Counted from the first letter of the stretch, positions 29,522 to 38,768 are shown. The stretch: 64,000 bases of DNA from Armatimonadota bacterium (GCA_037445735.1 JBBIJY010000005.1:32001-96000), one strand, 5' to 3'. Numbers and translations: made by a program. Notes: generated by a model not told the origin, from the sequence alone.

Positions 29522-29551
29522 ATTATACCACACCGATGACGGCTTTGTCAA
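29522..29551 (-). promoter_or_regulatory. Sigma70 promoter TTGACA-N18-TATAAT with extended -10 TG
   Basis: Minus strand reads TTGACA aagccgtcatcggtgtgg TATAAT. Confidence 0.85.
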
Positions 29552-29668
29552 GGGGTCGAGGGGGAATCGGGGGGTTTTCGAGGGCGAATCGGGGGAAATT
29601 TCGGGCAAAATCGGGAGTTTCGGCGCTCGAAGCCGTCGCGCAGGTGCGCGTGGGGTACACTCTGGGGG

Positions 29669-30190
29669 ATGGCGGAGGCGAGTCAACCCGTGCGGCGGGC
29701 AATCTACCCTGGCAGCTTCGACCCGCCCACGATGGGGCATCTGGATATTATCACGCGGGCAGCGCGACTGTTCGACGAACTCATCGTCGCGGTCGCCATC
29801 AACAGCGACAAAAAGCCCCTCTTCAGCCTGCAGGAGCGGGTCGCCATGCTGGAGGAGTGCTGCAGGCAGCTGCCGAATGTGCGCGTGATGCCGCTGGAAG
29901 GTCTGCTGGCACGCTTCGCGCAGCAGGCAGGCGCATGCGCCATCGTGCGCGGGCTGCGAGCCGTATCCGACTTCGAATACGAGTTCCAGATGGCGACCAT
30001 GAACCGCCAGCTGGCGCCCGAAGTGGACACCTGCTTCCTCATGACGCATCAACAGTACGCCTTTCTGTCGTCGTCCATCGTGAAGGAGGTGGCGCGGCTC
30101 GGCGGCGATGTGAGCCAGCTGGTGCCCCCCAATGTGCAGACCCGCCTGCAACAAAAATTTGCTCCACCATCGGCAGGAGACGGTCACTGA
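29669..30190 (+). CDS. coaD: Phosphopantetheine adenylyltransferase
   Basis: YPGSFDPPTMGH, RGLRAVSDFEYE, SSSIVKE. Confidence 0.97.
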   Translation: MAEASQPVRRAIYPGSFDPPTMGHLDIITRAARLFDELIVAVAINSDKKPLFSLQERVAMLEECCRQLPNVRVMPLEGLLARFAQQAGACAIVRGLRAVSDFEYEFQMATMNRQLAPEVDTCFLMTHQQYAFLSSSIVKEVARLGGDVSQLVPPNVQTRLQQKFAPPSAGDGH

Positions 30191-30239
30191 ACCGCGAATC
30201 AACCATTTAACCCTGGCGCAAGCGACGGAGGATCGGGCG

Positions 30240-30791
30240 ATGATTAACACGGATGTCATAACTATCAGGCGATGGCTGCGTGAGCTGGATCAGATGCTGG
30301 AGAACAGTCGCAGTTTCGGACCCATCGTGTTCGGCTTGAACAAAGGCGAATGCCTGAACCTGGTCCAGCAGATTCTGGCGAATCTGCCGTCGGATCTGGA
30401 CAAGGCGGAGCGGGTGCTGCGCGAGTCGGATCGGCTGGTGGGCGGTGCGCAGGCGGAGGCGCGCATGACCCTCGAACAGGCGCGGGAGGAAGCCCAGCGG
30501 ATTATCGAGCAGGCGCGACAGCAGGCGGAGGCGATTCTGGAACGCGCCCGCGCCGAGCAGGAGCGCATGCTGGCGCAGACTGAAGTCTACCAGCTGGCAG
30601 AGGCGCAGGCGCGCGAAATCGTGGAGACCGCCCGCCAGAAGGCACAGCAGATTCGACAGGGCGCCGATGAGTACGCCTATGAGGTGCTGACCCAGCTGGA
30701 GGGCGCACTCGCCAAAGTGATGAGCACCGTGCAGAACGGTAAGGCGCTCCTGGAAGACCATCTCAAGCAGCGCGTGGGCGCACGCCGCTGA
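30240..30791 (+). CDS. Coiled-coil DivIVA/ATP synthase b-like protein of the type found after coaD
   Basis: Heptad A-x3-A repeats, GADEYA motif, position after coaD. Confidence 0.7.
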   Translation: MINTDVITIRRWLRELDQMLENSRSFGPIVFGLNKGECLNLVQQILANLPSDLDKAERVLRESDRLVGGAQAEARMTLEQAREEAQRIIEQARQQAEAILERARAEQERMLAQTEVYQLAEAQAREIVETARQKAQQIRQGADEYAYEVLTQLEGALAKVMSTVQNGKALLEDHLKQRVGARR

Positions 30792-30822
30792 CGGCGCAGG
30801 GCAGGCATCCCCTGCCCTGCCG

Positions 30823-31521
30823 CTAAATCAGCCGCAGCCAGTCGCGCAACAGGAACTCCACGCGCTCCAGAAACACTGCCAGGCGCGTCATCACCGTGTT
30901 GCCGAAAAACGCGCCAAAGCTCAACATCAGCAGCCATCGCCCAGCTCGCGCTGCCCCCCGCACCGGCTTCGAACGATGCTCAAACGAAAAGAGGAAATAG
31001 ACCATCACGCACACCAGCGTCGCCACGAAGATAAGGTTATTCAGCGACATCGCCAGCGAGAAGGGCGCGGGCGAGTCGCTCACCAGCGGGGAGCCGTCCG
31101 CACGCGCCAGCAACGGGCGCAACGAATCGGCAAACTGCGGCATGTTGAGCAACAGCTGCTGCTTGAACACCACGCCCGCGCTCGCGCCCAGCATCAGCCC
31201 GATCACGATCCGCGCCAGCCAGAAGTAGCGACGGCTCAGCTGAAAGTACCAGAGCAGACCCAGCAAGCCCACCAGCAGCCATAGCGCCTGTGCACTGCCC
31301 GGCGCGAACCCCTGCCCGATCGCCGCAAAGCCCGCCACCATCGGCTGCCACCACAACGGCGCCAGCACCTGCTTCCAGGTAATCACGAAGTTGTAGCCCA
31401 CGCCCAGCCCGATCATGAGATGTAGCAGCAGGCGATAGAATCGATTCTCGCGCCACAGATACGAATAGATGCCCAGCGTTACAATCGCCGCCAGCCAGAC
31501 CCCGACCCGTTCCATCTCCAC
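30823..31521 (-). CDS. Uncharacterised integral membrane protein (cassette gene 4)
   Basis: TLGIYSYLWRENRFY, YFLFSFEH, GRWLLMLSFGAFFGNTVMTR; about 6 hydrophobic segments; GAGGAGG SD. Confidence 0.78.
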   Translation of the reverse strand: MEMERVGVWLAAIVTLGIYSYLWRENRFYRLLLHLMIGLGVGYNFVITWKQVLAPLWWQPMVAGFAAIGQGFAPGSAQALWLLVGLLGLLWYFQLSRRYFWLARIVIGLMLGASAGVVFKQQLLLNMPQFADSLRPLLARADGSPLVSDSPAPFSLAMSLNNLIFVATLVCVMVYFLFSFEHRSKPVRGAARAGRWLLMLSFGAFFGNTVMTRLAVFLERVEFLLRDWLRLI

Positions 31522-31535
31522 AGGCAGCACCTCCT

Positions 31536-32402
31536 CTAACGCGCGCGCCCGCGCGCACCCCAGTAGCCCAGATTGCCAATCAAAATCGCCAGAATCACCA
31601 TCAGATGCCCGAACGATTGAGGCACAATCAGGCGTGTGGCGCGACTGGTGCGCTCGCGCGGGTTCGGATGCAACAGCGCGTCGTATTCCGCCGCGCCCCG
31701 CACGCCCACCAGCATCCCCGTCAGCTGACCCGACAGCAGATAGCGGTAATAAGTGGTGGACTGAATGCCCGCGCACCCGAAGGCAATCGGCGTGCCGTAG
31801 ACCTCATGCACGAACGAAATCCAGTCCTCCATCGGCGAGTAGGTCACCGAGTAGATGAGGTAGATGTCGTTGATGTTGCGCACGCGCTGCATCAGGGGCA
31901 GGTGCCGGGCGTCGTCCAGTGAATAGCCGCGCGTGTCCTGCCGGTACTGCAGGCGAATATCTTTGGCGATTTGCTGCATCGCGCGCCAGCCGCCCCGCGT
32001 GTAGCCCAGATTGACCCAATCGACGCCGTAGCGTCGGTCAGGGAACTTCTCGCGCACGAGGCGCTCAATCACCCGATCGGCGAACTGGGGTCCAAGCGGC
32101 GTGATCTCCACCGAGATGACCACGAACTTGATGCGCCGACGCAACAGATGCTCGAACACGACCTCCACCTGCCCTTCATTCTCGCCCATACTGCCCGCGT
32201 CCCACGCGCTATCCACCAGCACCACCTTATCGGGTGGACAGCGCTCGATAAACTCATACAGGCGACGGGTTTCAGGCGTAACATAGATGGGCAGGCGCAT
32301 CGGAATGAGCAACGGCAGGCAGGCAGCGAGCCATAGACCCAGATAGAGCCAGCGCCGATCGATGTCCTGTAAACCTGCCAGACTGCTCATCAGGCGCTGC
32401 AT
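31536..32402 (-). CDS. Uncharacterised membrane-anchored protein with large soluble domain (cassette gene 3)
   Basis: IDRRWLY, YGVDWVNLGY, SGQLTGMLVGVRGAAEY, QSFGH...GNLGY; GGAGG SD. Confidence 0.8.
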   Translation of the reverse strand: MQRLMSSLAGLQDIDRRWLYLGLWLAACLPLLIPMRLPIYVTPETRRLYEFIERCPPDKVVLVDSAWDAGSMGENEGQVEVVFEHLLRRRIKFVVISVEITPLGPQFADRVIERLVREKFPDRRYGVDWVNLGYTRGGWRAMQQIAKDIRLQYRQDTRGYSLDDARHLPLMQRVRNINDIYLIYSVTYSPMEDWISFVHEVYGTPIAFGCAGIQSTTYYRYLLSGQLTGMLVGVRGAAEYDALLHPNPRERTSRATRLIVPQSFGHLMVILAILIGNLGYWGARGRAR

Positions 32403-32406
32403 CGAC

Positions 32407-33270
32407 CTACCTCCCTTCCGAATCGCCGAAGAAGGCGCCGCGCTCCAGCGAGAGCCAGTAGCGCAAGCCCGTCGCGATTGCGCCCAGCATAATGCCGAAC
32501 CACATCGCGCGCACCGCCGCCGTGTTGACCACATAGAGCAGCCACTGGCTCATGGAGGGCAACCACAGCGATTCAGGCAGCGCATGCGTGAGCCATAAGC
32601 CAATCGGAATCTGACCCAGCATCACAATCAGCGCCGCCCCAATCATCACCAGCGCTTCGGCGGAGCGCACCCGAAACGCGCGATAGGCGGCGGTGGTGAT
32701 ATGAAAGGCGAGTAGCGAAAAAACCGTGGACCCCATCGGGCGCAACATCGAGTTGAACACCAGCTCGTTCACCGATTTAAGCCAGCCACCAGGCAGACCA
32801 TAGCCCATCCCCGCAATCATGCCAACCGCCACCGCGATAAAGAACGCGACGCTGTTGTACCATTCAGGTCGTCGCCGACGGATGGTGTTGCCGTGAACCA
32901 CAGCGAGGCTGATTAGCCCCATGCCCCACGCCATCGCCATCAGCACCACGAAGAAGTTGTTCACGGCGGGCAGCCAGTCGCTGAGGTAGGTGGTGGGACC
33001 CGCTCGCAAACGGTCGCCGGGCGTCAGCTGGGCTGGCTCCACGCGCTCATAACTGCCGTTCGGGCGCTGGCGATAGAACGCCATACCGGGCTGAAGGGGC
33101 ACACGCGCGGTCGCCCCATCCGTTCGCAGCAGCACCGAATCGGCGCGTATTTCCACCACCGTGCCCTGCACGGTGCGCCACGGCACAGTCGGCGGCACCA
33201 CGAACTCCAGGAAATAGTACAACCCCGTGATGAAGGTCAGCCCCGCAATCAGCAGGCGTTTCGTGTCCAT
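32407..33270 (-). CDS. Uncharacterised integral membrane protein (cassette gene 2)
   Basis: TVFSLLAFHITTAAYRAFRVRSAEA, IVMLGQIPIG, LRYWLSLER. Confidence 0.78.
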   Translation of the reverse strand: MDTKRLLIAGLTFITGLYYFLEFVVPPTVPWRTVQGTVVEIRADSVLLRTDGATARVPLQPGMAFYRQRPNGSYERVEPAQLTPGDRLRAGPTTYLSDWLPAVNNFFVVLMAMAWGMGLISLAVVHGNTIRRRRPEWYNSVAFFIAVAVGMIAGMGYGLPGGWLKSVNELVFNSMLRPMGSTVFSLLAFHITTAAYRAFRVRSAEALVMIGAALIVMLGQIPIGLWLTHALPESLWLPSMSQWLLYVVNTAAVRAMWFGIMLGAIATGLRYWLSLERGAFFGDSEGR

Positions 33271-33279
33271 CCGCCACCT

Positions 33280-34053
33280 CTATCGCCCCGTGAGGGCATG
33301 AACAATCGGGTTCTCCGCGCCGAAAAGGGTGGTCGCCAGCACGCTTAGCAGCAACAGGCACAACAGCCCGATTTTGGCGTAGTCCTGACCCACCAGACTG
33401 CCCAGCATGGTTGGCTCGTGCGTGAGGTAGGCGCTCGCGGCGTACAGCTCCTCACCGATAATCGTGTAGTCGCAGCTGGCGATGAAGAAGGGCACCTGAA
33501 AATAGTCGTCAGTGCCCGCAATCTGCATCGCGCCCGTGCGCTGACCCGGCTCAGCGAGCAGCAGCGAGGTGTAGTCGTACATGCCGAAGAAAAAGTGCGA
33601 GGCGGTCTGCTCCTGCAGCATCAGGTCGGCGGTGGCGAGGGCGAGCTGGTCGCTCTGGGCAGCGATGAAGCGGATGTCGGACGGCTCAAACCGTTCGGGA
33701 TGCCCCACGCTCTCGCATGCCTGGCGAATGACCGCTTCGAGAATGGGCACCATCACGGGGAAAGCCGTGACGGTCAGCAGGCGCAGGTTGAGCCGTGCGG
33801 CTTGCCGCGCGACATGGCTCAGCACGCCGAGCGCGGCGAGCGTGCTGATTGCCTGCACATCGCCCACGCCCGGGTGAAACAGCAGCGGTCTGCCCGTTTC
33901 GGCGGCGCGCCCAATCGCTTCGTCGATGGCGTTCAGCCCCGCGATGCGCCGGATAAAGATAGGACGCCCGCGCCGCGCCGCCCCGATGCCCCACAGAATC
34001 AGCCCGCCAATCGCGCCAATCGCTATCAGCATCTGCAGGTTCGCATGCTCCAT
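33280..34053 (-). CDS. DUF6754-like membrane protein (cassette gene 1)
   Basis: IRRIAGLNAIDEAIGRAAETGRP, QIAGT, FFIASCDYTIIGEELYAASAYL, GSLVGQD. Confidence 0.75.
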   Translation of the reverse strand: MEHANLQMLIAIGAIGGLILWGIGAARRGRPIFIRRIAGLNAIDEAIGRAAETGRPLLFHPGVGDVQAISTLAALGVLSHVARQAARLNLRLLTVTAFPVMVPILEAVIRQACESVGHPERFEPSDIRFIAAQSDQLALATADLMLQEQTASHFFFGMYDYTSLLLAEPGQRTGAMQIAGTDDYFQVPFFIASCDYTIIGEELYAASAYLTHEPTMLGSLVGQDYAKIGLLCLLLLSVLATTLFGAENPIVHALTGR

Positions 34054-34147
34054 GCCACCTCCTGCTTACGACCGGGCACGCGATTTTCCTGTCGGACTCC
34101 CAGCGTGGCAGGAGAGTGAAATCGGGGGGCGAACCAACGGGATTTGT

Positions 34148-36136
34148 ATGGCGGTGCTGGACGAGTTGCAACGGGCGCGGCGCACGGCGGAGGAGGTCGC
34201 CGCCGAAGAGCGCCGATTCGAAGACGGGTTCACCTTCCGCACCTTTCTGGGTCTGCTGTTCGTGGCGTTCGTGATGTTGCCCGGCAGCATCTATATGGGG
34301 CTGGTGGCGGGTGTGGGGCTGGGTTCCGCTGCCGAATGGGTCACCATCGTGCTGTTCGCGGAGGTGATGCGCCGCTCGCTCCAGCCGCTCAAGCGGCAGG
34401 AGATTTACATGCTGTTTTATATTGCGTCCGCGCTCACCGCGATGGGGCTGTACGGGCTGTCGGGCGGACCCCTGCAGTGGAAAATCTGGGACCAGTTCTT
34501 CATTCAGTCGGCGCCTGCCACGCCCTTCGCGAAGGAAATCCCGCACTGGGCGGTGCCCGCGCCCGATTCGGTCGCCCTGCGCGAGCGCACCTTCTTCCAT
34601 CCCGACTGGTTCCTTCCGCTGGGGCTGCTGATACTGACCGAGATTCTGGGGCGTGCCAGCTGGATGAGCATGGGCTACCTGCTCTTTCGGATGACCTCCG
34701 ATGTGGAGCGGTTGCCGTTCCCGCTGGCGCCCGTGGCGGCGTCGGGCGCACTCGCGCTGGCAGAGGCGGGACGACGCGAAGAATCGTGGCGCTGGGGCGT
34801 CTTCTCCACCGGCGCCGTCGTCGGCATGGCGTTCGGATTCTTCTATCTGGCGATCCCCGTGTTCACGGGCACGCTGTTCGGCGACGCCGTGCAGATTATC
34901 CCCATCCCGTTTCTGGATTTGACCCAGAATGTGGAGAATCTCCTGCCGACCGCCATCATTGGCGTCTCGCTCAATCTGGGCGAGGTGCTGCTTGGCTTCG
35001 TGCTGCCCTATCAGATTGTGCTGGGTTCAGCCATCAGCTCCGTTCTGACCTATGTGCTGGCGAACCCGCTGCTGTATCAGATGGGGCTGATCCGGAGCTG
35101 GCAGCCGAACTCGCCCGCGCTGCAGACCAAAATCTCCGTCGATATCGACTTCTGGCTGGCGATTATTGTGGGGTTGCAGCTGGCGGTGGCGGCGATTGGC
35201 GTCGGAATGGTGATTCGCACTCTGCGCGAGCATGGTCGCCAGCGGGCGTTGCAGGCACGCGGGCTGATGCCGCCCCCTGCTGGACGCGGCGACCCGCCCC
35301 TGTGGATACCCGTTGTCATCTGGCTGGTTTCGGTGGTGTCCTACATTCTGCTGTGCCGCTGGCTGGTGCCGGAGTTCCCCCTCTGGATTGTGGTGCTGTT
35401 CGGGCTGTTCTGGAGCCCGCTCAACAGCTATGTGTCGGCGCGAATGATCGGGCTGACGGGTCAGGGCGTGTCGGTGCCGTTTTTGAAGGAGGTGGCGGTC
35501 ATCAGCAGCGGCTATCCAAAGGTGGACATCTGGTACGCGCCGCTGCCCCTGCAGGACCACGGCTGGGCAGCCCAGCGGTTCCGCGAGGTGGAACTCACCG
35601 GCACACGGTTCACCAGCATCCTGAAAGCCGAGCTGGTGATGCTGCCGACGATTTTCATCGCCAGCTTCCTGTTCTGGTCGTTCTTCTGGAAAGCCAGCCC
35701 GATCCCATCGTCGCTGTTTCCCTATGCGATGCGGATGTGGCCCTACTTCGCGCAGATGGACGCCGTGTGGAAGCAGATTAATCGCCCGGAGAGTGAGATG
35801 CGCGAGCTGGTGCTGGGCGCGTTGAACCTGCCGCGCATCGGGATCGGCTTTCTAATGGGGCTGGGGCTGTACGGGCTGTTCAGCGCGTTCAAGATGCCGC
35901 TGCTGCTCTTCTACGGGTTTGTGGGCGGTGTGGGTCAGTTCCCGCATTATACGCTGCCGCGCCTGTTCGGCGCATGGCTGGGCATGCGCTACTTCCGCCG
36001 ACGGTTCGGCGAGGACAACTGGATCCGCTATGCGCCCGTGCTGCTGGCAGGCTTCTTCTGCGGCATGGGGCTGATCGGTATGTTCGCGATTGCGCTCGCA
36101 CTGATCGCCAAATCGGTCTCCGTGCTGCCGTTTTAG
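34148..36136 (+). CDS. Large polytopic membrane protein, OPT-like putative peptide transporter
   Basis: Many hydrophobic segments; DVERLPFP, DIWYAP, FREVELTGT; about 662 aa. Confidence 0.6.
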   Translation: MAVLDELQRARRTAEEVAAEERRFEDGFTFRTFLGLLFVAFVMLPGSIYMGLVAGVGLGSAAEWVTIVLFAEVMRRSLQPLKRQEIYMLFYIASALTAMGLYGLSGGPLQWKIWDQFFIQSAPATPFAKEIPHWAVPAPDSVALRERTFFHPDWFLPLGLLILTEILGRASWMSMGYLLFRMTSDVERLPFPLAPVAASGALALAEAGRREESWRWGVFSTGAVVGMAFGFFYLAIPVFTGTLFGDAVQIIPIPFLDLTQNVENLLPTAIIGVSLNLGEVLLGFVLPYQIVLGSAISSVLTYVLANPLLYQMGLIRSWQPNSPALQTKISVDIDFWLAIIVGLQLAVAAIGVGMVIRTLREHGRQRALQARGLMPPPAGRGDPPLWIPVVIWLVSVVSYILLCRWLVPEFPLWIVVLFGLFWSPLNSYVSARMIGLTGQGVSVPFLKEVAVISSGYPKVDIWYAPLPLQDHGWAAQRFREVELTGTRFTSILKAELVMLPTIFIASFLFWSFFWKASPIPSSLFPYAMRMWPYFAQMDAVWKQINRPESEMRELVLGALNLPRIGIGFLMGLGLYGLFSAFKMPLLLFYGFVGGVGQFPHYTLPRLFGAWLGMRYFRRRFGEDNWIRYAPVLLAGFFCGMGLIGMFAIALALIAKSVSVLPF

Positions 36137-36966
36137 CCCTTCAGCCCCGTGAGCGTGATGCCGCGAATGAACGCCCGCTGGGTAAGCAGAAACACGACCA
36201 CCAGTGGTGCCGTGACCACGACCGCCGCCGCCATCAGCAGGTTCCACTGCTCGCCGTGCCGACCCAGAAAATATTGCAAGCCGACCGCCAGTGTGAACTT
36301 GCTGGCGTCGTTGAGGTAAATCAGCGGCGCCATGAAGTCCGTCCACGCCCACACGAACGCAAAAAGCGCGACGGTCGCAATCGCGGGTCGCGCCAGCGGC
36401 GCCACCACCCGCCACAGGATCGTCCAGTCGGTCGCGCCGTCCAGATAAGCCGCGTCGATCAGCTCCTGCGGCAGGGTCAGAAAGAACTGGCGCAACATGA
36501 AAATCAGGAAGGCGTTCCCGAAGAAGGCGGGCACAATCAGCGGCAGGAAGGTGTCCACCCAGCCCAGCCAGCGAAAGAGCAGAAACACGGGCAGCAGTGT
36601 GACCTGCGGGGGCAACATCAGCGTGGCGAGCATCACCCAGAACCAGAAGTTGCGTCCGCGCCAGCGCATCCGCGCGAACGCATAGGCGGGCGGCAAACAG
36701 CTCAAAACCGTGCCCACCACCACGAAGCCCGCTATCAGCAGGGTGTTGCGCAGATAGAGCCAGAAGGGGAAGGCGTTCAGCGCCTGCCGATAGTTCTCCC
36801 ACGCGACGCGCGACGGGATCCACACGATGCGCTCCGTGAACAGCTCGTTATCGGGCTTCAGCGAGGTGGAGACCATCCACGCAATCGGCAGCAGAAACAG
36901 CGCCGCCAGCCCCATCAGCACCAGATGCGCCGCCGCCACACGCGCCCAGCCACGCCCGAACCGCAT
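36133..36966 (-). CDS. Carbohydrate ABC transporter permease (MalG-like), no partner genes adjacent
   Basis: PAYAFAR, RQFFLTLPQELIDAAYLDGA (EAA loop), WTDF, QRAFIRG. Confidence 0.92.
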   Translation of the reverse strand: MRFGRGWARVAAAHLVLMGLAALFLLPIAWMVSTSLKPDNELFTERIVWIPSRVAWENYRQALNAFPFWLYLRNTLLIAGFVVVGTVLSCLPPAYAFARMRWRGRNFWFWVMLATLMLPPQVTLLPVFLLFRWLGWVDTFLPLIVPAFFGNAFLIFMLRQFFLTLPQELIDAAYLDGATDWTILWRVVAPLARPAIATVALFAFVWAWTDFMAPLIYLNDASKFTLAVGLQYFLGRHGEQWNLLMAAAVVVTAPLVVVFLLTQRAFIRGITLTGLKG

Positions 36967-37031
36967 GCCAGAATTAAACCCACTGAGGCTGTTCGAAAAT
37001 TTGGGGGCGTCGTATCCACCTGGATGCAGAA

Positions 37032-37119
37032 CCCCCTCACCCGTACCCTCTCCCCCAAAGGGGGAGAGGGTTTTTTATTCTCCCTTCTCCCCGCTGGGGA
37101 GAGGGTCGGGGTGAGGGGC
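37032..37119. repeat. Pair of REP-like palindromes CCCTCACCC-n-CCCTCTCCC-n-GGGAGAGGG in inverted arrangement
   Basis: Copies at 37032-37070 and 37082-37119; same family at 44223, 49582, 49650, 52507 and 56046. Confidence 0.8.
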
Positions 37120-37134
37120 ATCTTTCCCAACCCC

Positions 37135-37181
37135 TTGACAAGAGGGATTAAAGGTGGGTACAATAGTAGACATCTGTATAC
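37135..37181 (+). promoter_or_regulatory. Sigma70 promoter TTGACA-N18-TACAAT followed by imperfect palindrome GTAGAC-N4-GTATAC
   Basis: Read directly at 37135-37140, 37159-37164 and 37166-37181. Confidence 0.65.
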
Positions 37182-37198
37182 CGACGGAGGGTAAGAAG

Positions 37199-37729
37199 AT
37201 GGCGTTCAATGTGAGGCGGTACCTGATTCGGGTGCGTGGCGGGCAGGCGTACCTGCCAGTTGCCGCGCGCGTCGCATGGTTCAGAGATGAGCATCCCGAC
37301 TGGAGCATCGAGACCGAGCTGGTGGAGTTGAACCTTGAGCGGCAGATAGCGGTCTTTCGCGCAACAATCAAGGACAATAACGGGCGCGTGATTGCGACCG
37401 CCACCCGCATGGAGACGGGCAACGACTTCGCCGACTTTCTGGAGAAGGCGGAGACGGGCGCGGTCGGGCGTGCGCTGGCGTTGTGCGGCTACGGCACACA
37501 GTTCGCGCCCGAGCTGAGCGAAGGTGAACTTGCCGAGGGACGGGTTGCCTACGCCGATTCGCCGCTGCCCGTGCGGGGCGAGCCAGCCCCACCTGCCGAA
37601 GAGCTGGTCTGCGCCGAGTGCGGGCGACCGCTGCGCCGCGCCCAGTATGACCTGAGCGTCACCAAGTTCGGGCGACCGCTGTGCCCCAGCTGCCAGCGAC
37701 AGGCACAACCGCGCACCGCGCAAACCTGA
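37199..37729 (+). CDS. Rad52/Sak-like single-strand annealing protein candidate with C-terminal CxxC-CxxC zinc ribbon
   Basis: YLPVAARVAWFRDEHP and FLEKAETGAVGRALALCGYG resemble phage-type SSAP cores; CAEC...CPSC. Confidence 0.6.
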   Translation: MAFNVRRYLIRVRGGQAYLPVAARVAWFRDEHPDWSIETELVELNLERQIAVFRATIKDNNGRVIATATRMETGNDFADFLEKAETGAVGRALALCGYGTQFAPELSEGELAEGRVAYADSPLPVRGEPAPPAEELVCAECGRPLRRAQYDLSVTKFGRPLCPSCQRQAQPRTAQT

Positions 37730-38736
37730 TGGTAAAGCAGATCGCCACCGAAAGCGGCATCCGACTCGATAAGTGGCTGGCGGAGCAGGTGCCCGAAATC
37801 AGTCGTCAGCGGTGGCAGGAGTGGATTGAGGCGGGCGGCGTGCGGGTCAACGGTCAGCGCGTCAAGCCCGCCTACAAACTGCACGCGGGCGACCGAATCG
37901 AGTTCAGCCTGCCGCCCGACCGACCGCCCCCGATCGACCTTCGCCCGGAGCCGATCCCGATAGAGATTGTGTTCGAAGACGAGCATCTGCTGGTGGTGAA
38001 CAAGCCGCGCGGGCTGGCCGTCCATCCCGCGCCGGGTCATCCGCATGGCACGCTGGTGAACGCTTTGCTGGCGTACGCGCCGCGCCTCGCACACGGCAGC
38101 GCGCCCTTTCGCCCGGGCATCGTCCATCGGCTGGACAAAGACACCACCGGGCTGCTGATCGTCGCCCGTACGGATCGGGCGCATGCGCGGCTGACCGCCG
38201 ACTTACAGCGTCGTGCGATTGAGCGTCGCTACCTCGCGCTGGTGTGGGGCGAGCCGAAAGCCGATCAGTTCACGGTGGAGATGCCCATCGCGCGTCATCC
38301 TGTGCATCGCCAGCGGATGGCGGCGTTCTCGCCGGAGCGAGCGCCTGCGAACGCGCGTCCCGCCCGCACGCACTTTGGTGTGCGCCAGCGGTGGCGCGGC
38401 TTCGCCCTGCTGGAGGCGAAGCTGGACACGGGACGCACGCATCAGGTGCGCGTTCACGCCAGCGCCATCGGGCATCCCGTGGTGGGCGACCCGCTCTATG
38501 GCGGGCGGCGACGGCTGCCCGCCGGGCTGTATCCTCCTGACGCCAGCGCCCGCCTGCAAGCCGCGCTGGACGCCCTGCAGGGTCAGCTGCTTCACGCCCA
38601 CGCGCTCGCCTTCACCCACCCCATCACCGCCGAGCCGATGCGCTTCACTGCACCCCTGCCCGACGATTTCCAGCAAGTTCTCCATCTGCTGAATAAGCAA
38701 GTTAAAGATAATACACCTCTATATCAACAACCGTGA
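37729..38736 (+). CDS. rluD: RluA/RluD family pseudouridine synthase
   Basis: S4-like RLDKWL, VNKPRG, GIVHRLDKDTTG, TGRTHQVRVH, GDPLY. Confidence 0.92.
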   Translation: MVKQIATESGIRLDKWLAEQVPEISRQRWQEWIEAGGVRVNGQRVKPAYKLHAGDRIEFSLPPDRPPPIDLRPEPIPIEIVFEDEHLLVVNKPRGLAVHPAPGHPHGTLVNALLAYAPRLAHGSAPFRPGIVHRLDKDTTGLLIVARTDRAHARLTADLQRRAIERRYLALVWGEPKADQFTVEMPIARHPVHRQRMAAFSPERAPANARPARTHFGVRQRWRGFALLEAKLDTGRTHQVRVHASAIGHPVVGDPLYGGRRRLPAGLYPPDASARLQAALDALQGQLLHAHALAFTHPITAEPMRFTAPLPDDFQQVLHLLNKQVKDNTPLYQQP

Positions 38737-38768
38737 GAGACGATGAGGTATGCCCCTTCAGGTACAAC

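Noticed and set aside
29072-30259. Long ORFs 29072..30259(-) and 29380..30210(+)
   Set aside because: GC-rich shadow frames overlapping coaD and the ncRNA, with no recognisable motifs
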